From positions 39,012 to 103,011 of the IMG/VR virus record IMGVR_UViG_3300048837_000398: 64,000 nt of DNA, one strand, 5' to 3'. Positions 1 to 7,746 of the stretch are shown here, piece after piece. Source of the stretch: a virus. The translations under genes and the position numbers were made by a program. Every line of letters begins with the position of its first letter. Within the stretch, counting starts at the first letter, position 1. The notes under the pieces are model-generated. The model saw only the letters and a list, made by a program, of their open reading frames with translations, did not search any database and was not told the origin of the DNA.

Positions 1-652
1 CTTGAGTATGCGCATACTCCATCATCTCGCAGAAGGTGTCCGACCTAGTCTTGAGTACCTTCTCGACGAGATCCGCATAGGCGCTAGATGAGTGATCGTT
101 CCAGGAAACCTCTTGCTGAAACGGAAAGCGCTCGGAGAAAGCCTCGAACACAGCTTTACGCGTGTCGTCAGCAGCTGCTATCCACTCTTCGGGCACAATG
201 TTGGTGCACGCGATGATGTATTTGCATTGCGACTTGTAACATACGTTACCTTCGACGCAATACTCGCCAGACATAAGAATATCGATGAGCACTGCGAGTA
301 CGTGAGGAGGAGCGTTGAACATCTCCTCAAAAATTGCGACGGGATGGCTGATGAAGCTGGAGTCAATGTTCATCGTTATTTTCCCTTCGTCGAGGTCTTT
401 CAGCTTCATCATGCCGATGAGAGACTGGATCGATGTGCCAGCCGAAAACTGGTGTTTTTTCGGGGAAGGGTGGCCCATGACTTCGAGGAAGCCTTTAGCC
501 ACTTGAGACTTAGCGTAACCTGGAGGCCCGTAGAGAATCACGTTAGAGAGAACTCCCGCCTGGGAGAGCTCGTAGGTACGGTAAAGAAGCGCGATGGTGC
601 GCTCCATTTGGACGAGGTGAGAAAGCTCACTTTTTACTGCCGATAATGTCAT
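1..652 (-). CDS. MoxR/RavA-type AAA+ ATPase (runs off the left edge)
   Basis: Manual translation from ATG at 652: MTLSAVKSEL...NVILYGPPGYAKS (Walker A)...VAIFEEMFN (Walker B)...IIACTN (sensor 1). Missing from the ORF track because its stop lies outside the window. Confidence 0.8.
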   Translation of the reverse strand, partial: MTLSAVKSELSHLVQMERTIALLYRTYELSQAGVLSNVILYGPPGYAKSQVAKGFLEVMGHPSPKKHQFSAGTSIQSLIGMMKLKDLDEGKITMNIDSSFISHPVAIFEEMFNAPPHVLAVLIDILMSGEYCVEGNVCYKSQCKYIIACTNIVPEEWIAAADDTRKAVFEAFSERFPFQQEVSWNDHSSSAYADLVEKVLKTRSDTFCEMMEYAHTQ

Positions 653-980
653 CAGCTATTTTTTTACGTTGATAAAGATATCCGAGCAACGCACTGTTAA
701 CCGCGATGTGCAGCTTGCGATGCGAAACTCTCATTTGAATTGTATGATAACTCATTTTGCCTGCGTAGAAGATCGGGAGAGTGCCGCTCATGACGACAAC
801 GTGTTCCCCATCCTTGTGGTAGTACCACGTCTCACACTTCTCGCGGTCTGCGAGAGACTGGAAGAGCTGATACTTGGTAATATGCGTCGGATCGGGCATC
901 CACCTTGTAAGTTCGAGCAGCCGTACTTGCCGTCTCGTGAGAAGTGTGGTAGCTATGAAAGCTTTAAACTTTTCTTCCAT
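627..980 (-). CDS. hypothetical protein, paralog of 964-1308
   Basis: 117-aa ORF aligning by eye with its neighbour (W..DP...TK.Q..Q.L.D.EK...EHV..M.G...H.AVN.A.L.YL.QR). Ends in TGA. Confidence 0.75.
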   Translation of the reverse strand: MEEKFKAFIATTLLTRRQVRLLELTRWMPDPTHITKYQLFQSLADREKCETWYYHKDGEHVVVMSGTLPIFYAGKMSYHTIQMRVSHRKLHIAVNSALLGYLYQRKKIADDIIGSKK

Positions 981-1308
981 TGGTAGAGCTAATTATGAAT
1001 GCACGCTGTTTGAGATAGGCGAGAATAGCCTGGTTGACGGCAACGTGCTTTATAGAATGGAAACGCTTAACTTCGATAGGAAAGTGCGTCGTTCTTCCGT
1101 TAAAGAAGACAGATACGACACCCTCCATCGAGAAGACATGTTCGCTAAAAAATTCGGAGTAGTGGTAGCTCCAACGTACTTTCTCGAGATCTCCTAATAC
1201 TTGGAGAAACTGGAGCTTGGTTAGGAGCGACGGATCGCGTGACCACTTAGTATCGCTGAGATAGCGTAAGTGGACTTTGGATAAGCGCGTTTGTACTAGA
1301 TGTTTCAA
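964..1308 (-). CDS. hypothetical protein, paralog of 627-980
   Basis: 114-aa ORF with TTG start; tandem paralog of 627-980. Confidence 0.75.
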   Translation of the reverse strand: MKHLVQTRLSKVHLRYLSDTKWSRDPSLLTKLQFLQVLGDLEKVRWSYHYSEFFSEHVFSMEGVVSVFFNGRTTHFPIEVKRFHSIKHVAVNQAILAYLKQRAFIISSTNGRKV

Positions 1309-1318
1309 TGTTTCATAG

Positions 1319-1353
1319 AAAAAAGCTAGGGCAATCCTTTTGGACGCCCTAGC
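1319..1353 (-). terminator. intrinsic terminator
   Basis: On the minus strand: GCTAGGGC-GTCCAAAAGGATT-GCCCTAGC followed by T6. Confidence 0.75.
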
Positions 1354-1359
1354 CTGATG

Positions 1360-1539
1360 TTACTTTAATAGATTCCGGATTTCACGCATCATCCGGTCAT
1401 CGACCTCGTGCGCGTTGATTGTTTTGTAGGGAGCCTTCTCTATTGTTCTTCCGACTCTCCACGTCAGAGCAATCAGCCCTATGTGGAACAGGATAAGGAA
1501 AACAGATATTGCTCCAGCGAGGGCCCGGCTAATCCGCAT
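1360..1539 (-). CDS. small membrane protein
   Basis: MRISRALAGAISVFLILFHIGLIALTW...: one hydrophobic helix. Start at ATG 1539 preferred over the track start. Confidence 0.6.
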   Translation of the reverse strand: MRISRALAGAISVFLILFHIGLIALTWRVGRTIEKAPYKTINAHEVDDRMMREIRNLLK

Positions 1540-2008
1540 AGACAAAAGCTTTTCCCTGATAGGTAGGGCGGGCTGAGAGTTGAAGCTCATTACTGAGCCG
1601 CACTTTAACGAAGTTCCCATTGTTGGTCGTAATTAAGTCGTTAGTAGTAAGCCTACAGGGTGCGAGAAACACAATTTTAGACGGCGTGAGTTCCCCGTTT
1701 TCATCTTGAGCCACCAGGACACCTTCATATAAGAAGTAATGGCCTACTTCGGTGGGACACACCACTTGGCGCACACGGCGCAGTTCGTATTCACCGTCAG
1801 GTCGTAGCTCGGTAGACTCGAAACAATTGCTCCACATAGAAACGGAATCTCCGAGAGGCTGCGGGTCGACCGCTACTGCGATGGTGAAAGTAGAGTCGGT
1901 ATCCACGTTCTCCGCACTAGGCGGGATAACGTTTACGCGTGAGAGATTGTCCCTTTGACAGGAGATCAGTGCAAGTGCGAGCAGGGCAAAAAGAATAATG
2001 TTCTTCAT
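1529..2008 (-). CDS. lipoprotein
   Basis: MKNIILFALLALALISC: signal peptide with lipobox Cys. Confidence 0.75.
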   Translation of the reverse strand: MKNIILFALLALALISCQRDNLSRVNVIPPSAENVDTDSTFTIAVAVDPQPLGDSVSMWSNCFESTELRPDGEYELRRVRQVVCPTEVGHYFLYEGVLVAQDENGELTPSKIVFLAPCRLTTNDLITTNNGNFVKVRLSNELQLSARPTYQGKAFVYAD

Positions 2009-2041
2009 GTTGTGTGGAAGAATTTAGAAATGTGTGAATAA

Positions 2042-2965
2042 TCAATCTGTTGTAGTGTACGAACGGTTGATGGCTGGCTTTGCTGTAGTAGCGATCCCGG
2101 CTTCAACTACTCGTGTGTTGTTAAGTTTCTTGGTGGGTTTGGGTAACTTACCACTATCGTATTTGGCGAGACCGTGCGTTTCGATCACGCCAATAAGCGT
2201 AAGGTGATATTCGCGATCTGTCGCGTAAGTTGCGTCGCGCAGTCCAACGGCCCATTTACGATAGTTTTTACCGTATGTGAAGCACTTTTTGTACCGTTTG
2301 TTATTGACGAGAAGTTGCGAGTGTGCCCTCCATGACTCCCAAGCAGAGGAAAATTTGCGGAAGAAATCCTTGTGGCTGTCGTCGCTGTGATTCGTACAAT
2401 GCCCCACTCGACAGTTTTTCTTGTGGCATTTGATGCCAAAGTGATTGTTATTTTGTACCGCCAACTTAGACGTACCATAACGCGACTCGACCAAGCCTTG
2501 TGCAAGGCTAATAGACGCGGGAATACCGTACTTCTCCATTTCGCTAATGGCGAGTGGTGCGTATCGTTTGATGTACTCTTGTGTAGACGTAGTTTTACCT
2601 ACGTAGACAGGAGCCGTGTCCGAAACTGGAGCCGGTTTGGCTTTGAGTTTCTTAACGGGCTTCACACGCTCTTTAGGTGGAGGTGGGGGAGTCTCCTCTT
2701 CGAGAACAGGCGCAATCGTGACTGGTGCTGGATCATCGTAAGGCTGTACGACACATTGAACAGGGTAGCTATTCGCTATCCCCGTGATTTTGTTTTCTTC
2801 GAGCGAGTTGCGGAATGCCCATATGCAGACCGAGATTACAAGAAGTGAGAAAAATGAGAAGTGTAGGGTGGTCACCGGCCGTTTCATGAACGAAGTGAAG
2901 GCCGTTTTGAAGGCGGCAACTTTAAGGTTAACACCTTCGACGATTAATTGATTTGGTGTCGGCAT
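2042..2965 (-). CDS. membrane-anchored GH73 (FlgJ-like) glucosaminidase/peptidoglycan hydrolase
   Basis: YGIPASISLAQGLVES, NNHFGIKC, FRKFSS..ES...H and YATD motifs; N-terminal TM helix and Pro/Lys-rich linker. Ends in TGA. Confidence 0.88.
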   Translation of the reverse strand: MPTPNQLIVEGVNLKVAAFKTAFTSFMKRPVTTLHFSFFSLLVISVCIWAFRNSLEENKITGIANSYPVQCVVQPYDDPAPVTIAPVLEEETPPPPPKERVKPVKKLKAKPAPVSDTAPVYVGKTTSTQEYIKRYAPLAISEMEKYGIPASISLAQGLVESRYGTSKLAVQNNNHFGIKCHKKNCRVGHCTNHSDDSHKDFFRKFSSAWESWRAHSQLLVNNKRYKKCFTYGKNYRKWAVGLRDATYATDREYHLTLIGVIETHGLAKYDSGKLPKPTKKLNNTRVVEAGIATTAKPAINRSYTTTD

Positions 2966-3104
2966 GACGAATGCTTTTGTTTGTTAAGAAAATCTGGCCC
3001 CTCTCTAGAGCGAGATAGGGAGGTTTAGGCCAGGTGTGTGCTGTGTGAGACCCCCCGTTCTTTAACGAAGAATCTCACTACTCGCTCGACTTCTAATTAA
3101 AATA

Positions 3105-3335
3105 TTAGTTTCGAGGCGGACTCAACGGGTTGTCTCCGAAGATGACTTCCCACGCTTCCGCAAGTTTCTGTAGCTTGGCCTGCACCCCTTCAGGTGGGCC
3201 GTAGACGATCTGCCCAAGTTTCTCTTTGAGCAGTGTGGATGGGGTGATAGCCTTTCGAACTTTCACTAAAGACCCAAGAATGAGTCCTAAGATGAAAGCA
3301 AGAACGGCGAAACCCCCTGCGTAGATTGGTTCCAC
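3105..3335 (-). CDS. small membrane protein
   Basis: N-terminal TM segment GGFAVLAFILGLILGSLV. Confidence 0.65.
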   Translation of the reverse strand: MEPIYAGGFAVLAFILGLILGSLVKVRKAITPSTLLKEKLGQIVYGPPEGVQAKLQKLAEAWEVIFGDNPLSPPRN

Positions 3336-3541
3336 TTTACAAGAGCGTTATACTCTGCTTGTGTTATTACGATGGACGCAGAATAGACGAACCTATCTTT
3401 GTCGAGGTCGTAATACATTAGCGAGAGTTGTGTGCGAATACCCATTATGTTTACGGGTAACGCAGCGTGACCACCAAGATCACGTTCGCGTACTACCTCG
3501 ATAAACCCAAAGGGCGTGTAGACGAGTATCAGGGTCCCCAT
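3287..3541 (-). CDS. hypothetical protein
   Basis: 84-aa ORF in a tightly packed operon. Confidence 0.55.
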   Translation of the reverse strand: MGTLILVYTPFGFIEVVRERDLGGHAALPVNIMGIRTQLSLMYYDLDKDRFVYSASIVITQAEYNALVKWNQSTQGVSPFLLSS

Positions 3542-3972
3542 CTGGAATTGAATAAGGTAAGCAAGTATGCACGTGCCTTATCAACTTGTGTCTTAGCACG
3601 TGCGGCCTTCCAGGCTGTGATGGGGGCGGGTTCATCTGCGAAATACAGGAGATAAGAGTCTCCGTAAATGAGATGGATACCGTAATTCGGCATATCGACC
3701 TCTAGAACGATATGTTCGTTGATCGATACTATTCTGTAGTAGAAGTTAGAGTCTAGCCCCCATACTTGGCGACCAAACTGCAACTTTTGTTCGAAACGTG
3801 TCGGAGAGCCCACCACAAATGTGTTGAGCTCGCCGGGCAGCGAGATGTTTAGTGTCGAATCAACTAGTCGAAACTGCGTATAGCAGACCGACGATTCGCA
3901 CTTAGTTAACTTTAGAGTGTCCTGTGCTCCGAGCTGGAAGCTCAGGAGTAGGAGTAGGATCGTGTTTTTCAT
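3529..3972 (-). CDS. secreted hypothetical protein
   Basis: MKNTILLLLLSFQLGA|Q: Sec signal peptide followed by Gln, typical of Bacteroidota. Confidence 0.7.
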   Translation of the reverse strand: MKNTILLLLLSFQLGAQDTLKLTKCESSVCYTQFRLVDSTLNISLPGELNTFVVGSPTRFEQKLQFGRQVWGLDSNFYYRIVSINEHIVLEVDMPNYGIHLIYGDSYLLYFADEPAPITAWKAARAKTQVDKARAYLLTLFNSRWGP

Positions 3973-4219
3973 AGTAAAGGCTGAGCACTAAAATTGTTAA
4001 GACGATTAACAGGATTTTAAGGAAGATGAACTTACGCTCATCTTCCATTATCTGGTAGCGCTCTTTCTCGCCCCGTGAAGAGCGTGAAATGAGTGACGAC
4101 ATCTCTTCGTGCTGACGCTTCAGATCAAAGAGCCCGAATCCCGTAAGGAATTTGATGGCCCAGATTGTAGCATAGGCAGCGAAGAACAACAGTATTACTT
4201 CCCTAGCGGTCTCCAGCAT
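3902..4219 (-). CDS. two-TM membrane protein
   Basis: Two hydrophobic helices separated by a charged loop. Confidence 0.65.
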   Translation of the reverse strand: MLETAREVILLFFAAYATIWAIKFLTGFGLFDLKRQHEEMSSLISRSSRGEKERYQIMEDERKFIFLKILLIVLTILVLSLYYEKHDPTPTPELPARSTGHSKVN

Positions 4220-4364
4220 ATGCGTTAGAGATGCAGTAAAGGTAGCAAAGGATGAATACTAAGACGAGTAGAGGATTGTTCGCAATGAGTACTAAGAGCT
4301 CCCATACTCTGGAAGCTATGAAGCACATAACGAGTAGTCCGCCGATAACGATCACCCATCGCAT
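4203..4364 (-). CDS. 53-aa membrane protein (not in ORF track)
   Basis: MRWVIVIGGLLVMCFIASRVWELLVLIANNPLLVLVFILCYLYCISNAYAGDR*; fills the gap between its neighbours. Confidence 0.6.
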   Translation of the reverse strand: MRWVIVIGGLLVMCFIASRVWELLVLIANNPLLVLVFILCYLYCISNAYAGDR

Positions 4365-4606
4365 AGGATAGCTTTTGCGGCGTTGAGCGCGCCGTATCCA
4401 CGTGTAAGAAGCTCAGACTTAGGCATGAACTTGCCCATCTCTGTGTAGAACTCTCGATGATTATCGAAGAGTGCTGTGAGGTAGAGCACCCCATACACAT
4501 CCGCCTCGATAAGATGACGCGAGAGTTTGCGAGCTAGGCGGAGGATGGCCTGCTCTTTCGTTTCGGCATCTACGACGACATAGGTGCCCATCAGAAGTAT
4601 CTGCAT
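4352..4606 (-). CDS. hypothetical protein
   Basis: 84-aa ORF ending in TGA, overlapping the start of the next gene. Confidence 0.6.
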   Translation of the reverse strand: MQILLMGTYVVVDAETKEQAILRLARKLSRHLIEADVYGVLYLTALFDNHREFYTEMGKFMPKSELLTRGYGALNAAKAILCDG

Positions 4607-5070
4607 AGCGTCAAGTACTTGCGGGTGAAGAAATAGAATACTCGGCCGCGAAGTTCGTAGACGAAATAATCCTCGTCTTTGAACATGATGTCTGACGGTG
4701 TTACACGGTCCAACTTCACACGTTTGCCTTGTGGTGGCAGCGTATAAAGCGTAGATGTCGTAGAGTCGTACTGGAATGCCGTGGTGTACGCTGGGTACAC
4801 CTTGTAGAACACACCATCGTGCGAGGACGTACCAAAGTGGTAAGTCTGGCTACAGAGGGTTGTCGCAAAAAGCAGGAGCGCAAACACGACTCCGCACTTA
4901 GGGCACGGAATCACTGTGTTGTTAGTCACAAGTAACCCGTCACCGTCAGGCGAACCACAAACCTCGCATGGTGCAGGGAGCTGCTCTTTTTCTAACTCCT
5001 CTGCTGGAGTGGTTGTGAGTGGGTCGGATTTCTCGAAAGAGTCCTCCCAAAATGCTATGATCCTGCTCAT
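4591..5070 (-). CDS. Zn-ribbon protein with internal signal-peptide-like segment
   Basis: CEVC...CPKC followed by VVFALLLFATTLCSQ. Confidence 0.6.
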   Translation of the reverse strand: MSRIIAFWEDSFEKSDPLTTTPAEELEKEQLPAPCEVCGSPDGDGLLVTNNTVIPCPKCGVVFALLLFATTLCSQTYHFGTSSHDGVFYKVYPAYTTAFQYDSTTSTLYTLPPQGKRVKLDRVTPSDIMFKDEDYFVYELRGRVFYFFTRKYLTLCRYF

Positions 5071-5336
5071 AGCTCTGAAATTGGAATACTTTCGAAGATC
5101 GTACGGTGGTACACCGTTTGTTGCTCGTCCTGCGGAATCAGGGCGGTAGTGACGTGACCATCAAAGTCATTGAGGTCACGATCGATCGGTGCGCCATGTG
5201 AAGCCGCAATGGTAGCAGCCTGAATGGCGTTGGCTTGCTGGATAGAGGGGATCTCTTGCGAGACTTCTACCTCTCCAGTTGCAAGGTCGGCCTTGACTAT
5301 GACCGCCTTGGGCTTTGACGAGAAGAATTCGAACAT
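5067..5336 (-). CDS. hypothetical protein
   Basis: 89-aa ORF; its TGA forms an ATGA overlap with the next gene. Confidence 0.65.
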   Translation of the reverse strand: MFEFFSSKPKAVIVKADLATGEVEVSQEIPSIQQANAIQAATIAASHGAPIDRDLNDFDGHVTTALIPQDEQQTVYHRTIFESIPISEL

Positions 5337-5356
5337 AATCTAAAAATTTTTGAGGA

Positions 5357-5414
5357 ACCTGCCATCATCAGTGCGAGTAGGTAATCTCTCGCAGACGTCT
5401 TACGACGTTTCGGC
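5357..5414 (-). ncRNA. type II hammerhead ribozyme
   Basis: Minus strand: GCC-GAAAC-GTC-GTAA-GAC-GTC^TGCGAG-AGATTACCTA-CTCGCA-CTGATGA-T-GGC-AGGT. Full catalytic core, stems I-III, and an ACCT/AGGT loop I pseudoknot. Predicted cut between 5394 and 5393. Confidence 0.9.
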
Positions 5415-5451
5415 TAAAATTCGGGCAAGCTGGCGGATTGACTTACTTGTG

Positions 5452-5481
5452 GCCCTCCCCGATCTTACGACGGGGGAGGGC
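5452..5481. other. strong GC hairpin
   Basis: GCCCTCCCCG...CGGGGGAGGGC inverted repeat with no U tract. Confidence 0.5.
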
Positions 5482-5504
5482 GCTAACCAATAACGTATGT
5501 CTTT

Positions 5505-5544
5505 AAAAAAGCTCTCACCACCCCTCGTTTGGAGCGACGAGAGC
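5505..5544 (-). terminator. intrinsic terminator
   Basis: 14-bp stem with GU pairs, GCTCTCGTCGCTCC/GGGGTGGTGAGAGC, followed by T6. Confidence 0.75.
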
Positions 5545-5561
5545 TAATCTCATGAATTGTG

Positions 5562-5677
5562 TGGACAGCAGGGGGAATCGACCCCCTTCGCACTTATGCA
5601 CTGTTCTTTCTCTCGTTAGAGAGCATGACTAGTGCGAACAGGCCACGGTTTAGACCCTTAAGCTAAGAGAGCCATCA
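5562..5677 (-). ncRNA. tRNA-like structured RNA without anticodon arm
   Basis: Acceptor-like GATGGC/GCTGTC, T-arm-like GGGGG-TCGATT-CCCCC, 8-bp helix TTCGCACT/AGTGCGAA and inner hairpin TCTCT-AACG-AGAGA, just upstream of a terminator. Confidence 0.5.
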
Positions 5678-5748
5678 CGGCGTTGTACTGCGACATGTTA
5701 GTGATGAAAAAATGAAGGTTTCAGTATATACGCCTACAACTTAGATGT

Positions 5749-6114
5749 TTATTTCTTGATTTCGATAAGTGGGTAGAGTCCCTGTAACTCGCGGGAGGGC
5801 TCTTCGGCCCACCGTGCAATGATTGCTCCATTGGGCAACCGCTCGGTAGCTACGACGTGGTCGGGGTGATAACCCAGCTCACGGATCTTGAGACAGAAGT
5901 GCCCAAACGCCTCTTTAGACGTTTCTATTGGGGCATTCAACTCGTGGAGTTTTCCGAGTAAGTCTTCGCAGCTTACTGCGGGTGAGCTCCTAAGGTAGTC
6001 CTCTAAGCCAGAGTAGTTCTCCGCAGAGACGATCTTATACTCGTAGCCTGTGAAGTAAATGAACCGGAAGATCTCACGAGCATTGTTGAAGAATAGTGGT
6101 GTGTACATTACCAA
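5749..6114 (-). CDS. hypothetical protein
   Basis: 121-aa ORF (ATG at 6108 is the likely start). Confidence 0.65.
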   Translation of the reverse strand: MVMYTPLFFNNAREIFRFIYFTGYEYKIVSAENYSGLEDYLRSSPAVSCEDLLGKLHELNAPIETSKEAFGHFCLKIRELGYHPDHVVATERLPNGAIIARWAEEPSRELQGLYPLIEIKK

Positions 6115-6172
6115 ATACGTTAGTGGTTAGAAAAAAGGGTACTCACGCAAATGCGCTTTCCCCCGTTGTTGT

Positions 6173-6559
6173 TTATGCTATCAATATTTTGACCAACCTT
6201 TCGGGGTTAGTCGCGTGTTCTTGTGGAAAGTCTTTTGGGAGCGCAGCGAGGAATTCAGGATAGACGCCTGCCTGCGCTCCGACTTCTACCCATGTTGTAA
6301 AGTCTTTTTCGAAAAAGACCCCCTTACCGAGAAACGCGTTGAAGGCCTCTATTGCGATGTTGGGGCTTTGTACAGAAACAACAGCAATTGCTTCGCCGTT
6401 TAGGATAAAGCTGTTACATTGAGCCTTTGTGCACGCTAAGTACAGGTGCGCGTCTGTGTACTTACCATCGACCTTGCGATGGTCAATGTGTGTTCTGATG
6501 TGCATTACCATTGTCCTATTATTTATGAGTTTAGCTATATTATGCGGGTATGGGGGCAA
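6173..6559 (-). CDS. hypothetical protein
   Basis: 128-aa ORF; start uncertain. Confidence 0.6.
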   Translation of the reverse strand: MPPYPHNIAKLINNRTMVMHIRTHIDHRKVDGKYTDAHLYLACTKAQCNSFILNGEAIAVVSVQSPNIAIEAFNAFLGKGVFFEKDFTTWVEVGAQAGVYPEFLAALPKDFPQEHATNPERLVKILIA

Positions 6560-6566
6560 GGTGTGT

Positions 6567-7013
6567 TTATACTTTTATTGCGTTTAATGTTTCCAGTACT
6601 TCGGCTATTGTAGCCGGTTTTGCGTTGCGCAATAGCAACCAAGGTTTTGCGTTTGTACCTTCGCCGATTGTCCCACCTTGCGCGGTGAAACTTTTATTTC
6701 CCATCGTGAACGCAACTAAATCGCAAGCGTGCAACTTTGTGGAAAACTCTTTTTCGGCCACAACGATTTTGCAATCAAATTTGATTGCATACGTGCCGTT
6801 TGCATAGTCGCCGTTTGATCCTTCGGTCATCTTCGCAATGGGATTAAGTGCAATTGCGCTCAAAATCTCTACTTCGCGGGTTTGACCTTCAGCGAACAAA
6901 GCAGCAAGTTCGGCAGAATACGCGCCAATGGCGCGGGACTTCGGATTGACTACCAACCCATCTGCCAAAAGGCCGATAATTGAATGACCAAAACTACCCA
7001 GTTGAATATTCAT
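6567..7013 (-). CDS. hypothetical protein, first gene of the leftward arm
   Basis: 148-aa ORF with an AT-rich leader. Confidence 0.7.
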   Translation of the reverse strand: MNIQLGSFGHSIIGLLADGLVVNPKSRAIGAYSAELAALFAEGQTREVEILSAIALNPIAKMTEGSNGDYANGTYAIKFDCKIVVAEKEFSTKLHACDLVAFTMGNKSFTAQGGTIGEGTNAKPWLLLRNAKPATIAEVLETLNAIKV

Positions 7014-7057
7014 ATGTGTGTATTTAATAAGATGTTAAAAAGTTTGTGAAAACTCTA

Positions 7058-7280
7058 AACACCCCTACCCCCATTTGTTCCGCAAAAGCGATAGCGGGGT
7101 ATGCAGTTGGGGGCCATAATATTTATCGCACACACAATTTAGGCCAGCATATTTATCGCGCGCATAAACTATCAACAATTAACACATAAAAAATATTATT
7201 TGCTAGTTACGAAAAACGCAGAAAAAGGCACCCTACCCCCTCTTTTTGCGCAGAAAAGGGCACCCCGGCTCTCTTTTTTA
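7058..7280. repeat. short direct repeats in the divergent intergenic region
   Basis: CACCC(C)TACCCCC at ~7060 and ~7229; ATATTTATCGC at ~7119 and ~7149; GCAGAAAA(A/G)GGCACCC at ~7218 and ~7250. Confidence 0.6.
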
Positions 7281-7337
7281 AGTACCTACTCCTCTAATCG
7301 AATACACACTAAAAATATTTTAAAAATAGTTGCTCTA

Positions 7338-7373
7338 AAATGCTAGCGTTTAATTTCCTTTTTATTATCTTTG
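7338..7373 (+). promoter_or_regulatory. Bacteroidota primary-sigma promoter P1
   Basis: TATCTTTG (-7 element TAnnTTTG) at 7366-7373. The AAATGCTA...TAATTTC..TTTTA..TATCTTTG layout recurs at 7747-7783. Confidence 0.75.
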
Positions 7374-7382
7374 CACCAGTTA

Positions 7383-7657
7383 AAGTCCCCACTCTATTAG
7401 CATACGAGTGCACGGCCCAGAGAAGGTAATCCGAGGTATGGGTCCAGAAGTCGGTTTAGTAGTTCTAAATAGGAACGAGGTTTTCACCGATAGGGCAAAA
7501 ATGGTTAGTCAAGCAGCTTCTAGTGTTCGTACTGTTTTGCTATCGTTATCAGGGCTCCATATACAAGTGATAACGAAGTACGTAAGGTGTCTCTCACTGC
7601 TAGAAGTCAAGTGCCTAACTCAAGTTACTTTAGCGCCCAAAAATCGCTAGGGGGCTT
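7383..7657 (+). ncRNA. unassigned highly structured RNA (~275 nt)
   Basis: Nested helices 7383-90/7650-57, 7493-96/7635-38, 7504-08/7615-19, 7516-23/7600-07, 7528-33/7577-82 and 7543-51/7568-76, plus three 5' hairpins. Begins immediately after P1. Confidence 0.65.
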
Positions 7658-7746
7658 GCTATATCGTTTTCTAAACTAGCGTCCTACGGACGGAGGCGCT
7701 TCCGCCTAAATGGGGTGTCTTAAATTATTTTCCTTAAAAAGCGCGC

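Noticed and set aside
92-646. 184-aa plus-strand ORF and other plus-strand ORFs in 1-7000
   Set aside because: Antisense shadows of minus-strand genes; the opposite strand here encodes clear AAA+ motifs.
7408-7650. 80-aa ORF in the track
   Set aside because: GTG start, no protein-like features, and it coincides with an extensively paired region better explained as RNA.
7383-7657. RNase P RNA, suggested by AAAGTCC
   Set aside because: Lacks the GAGGAAAGUCC context and the matching 3' P4 strand.
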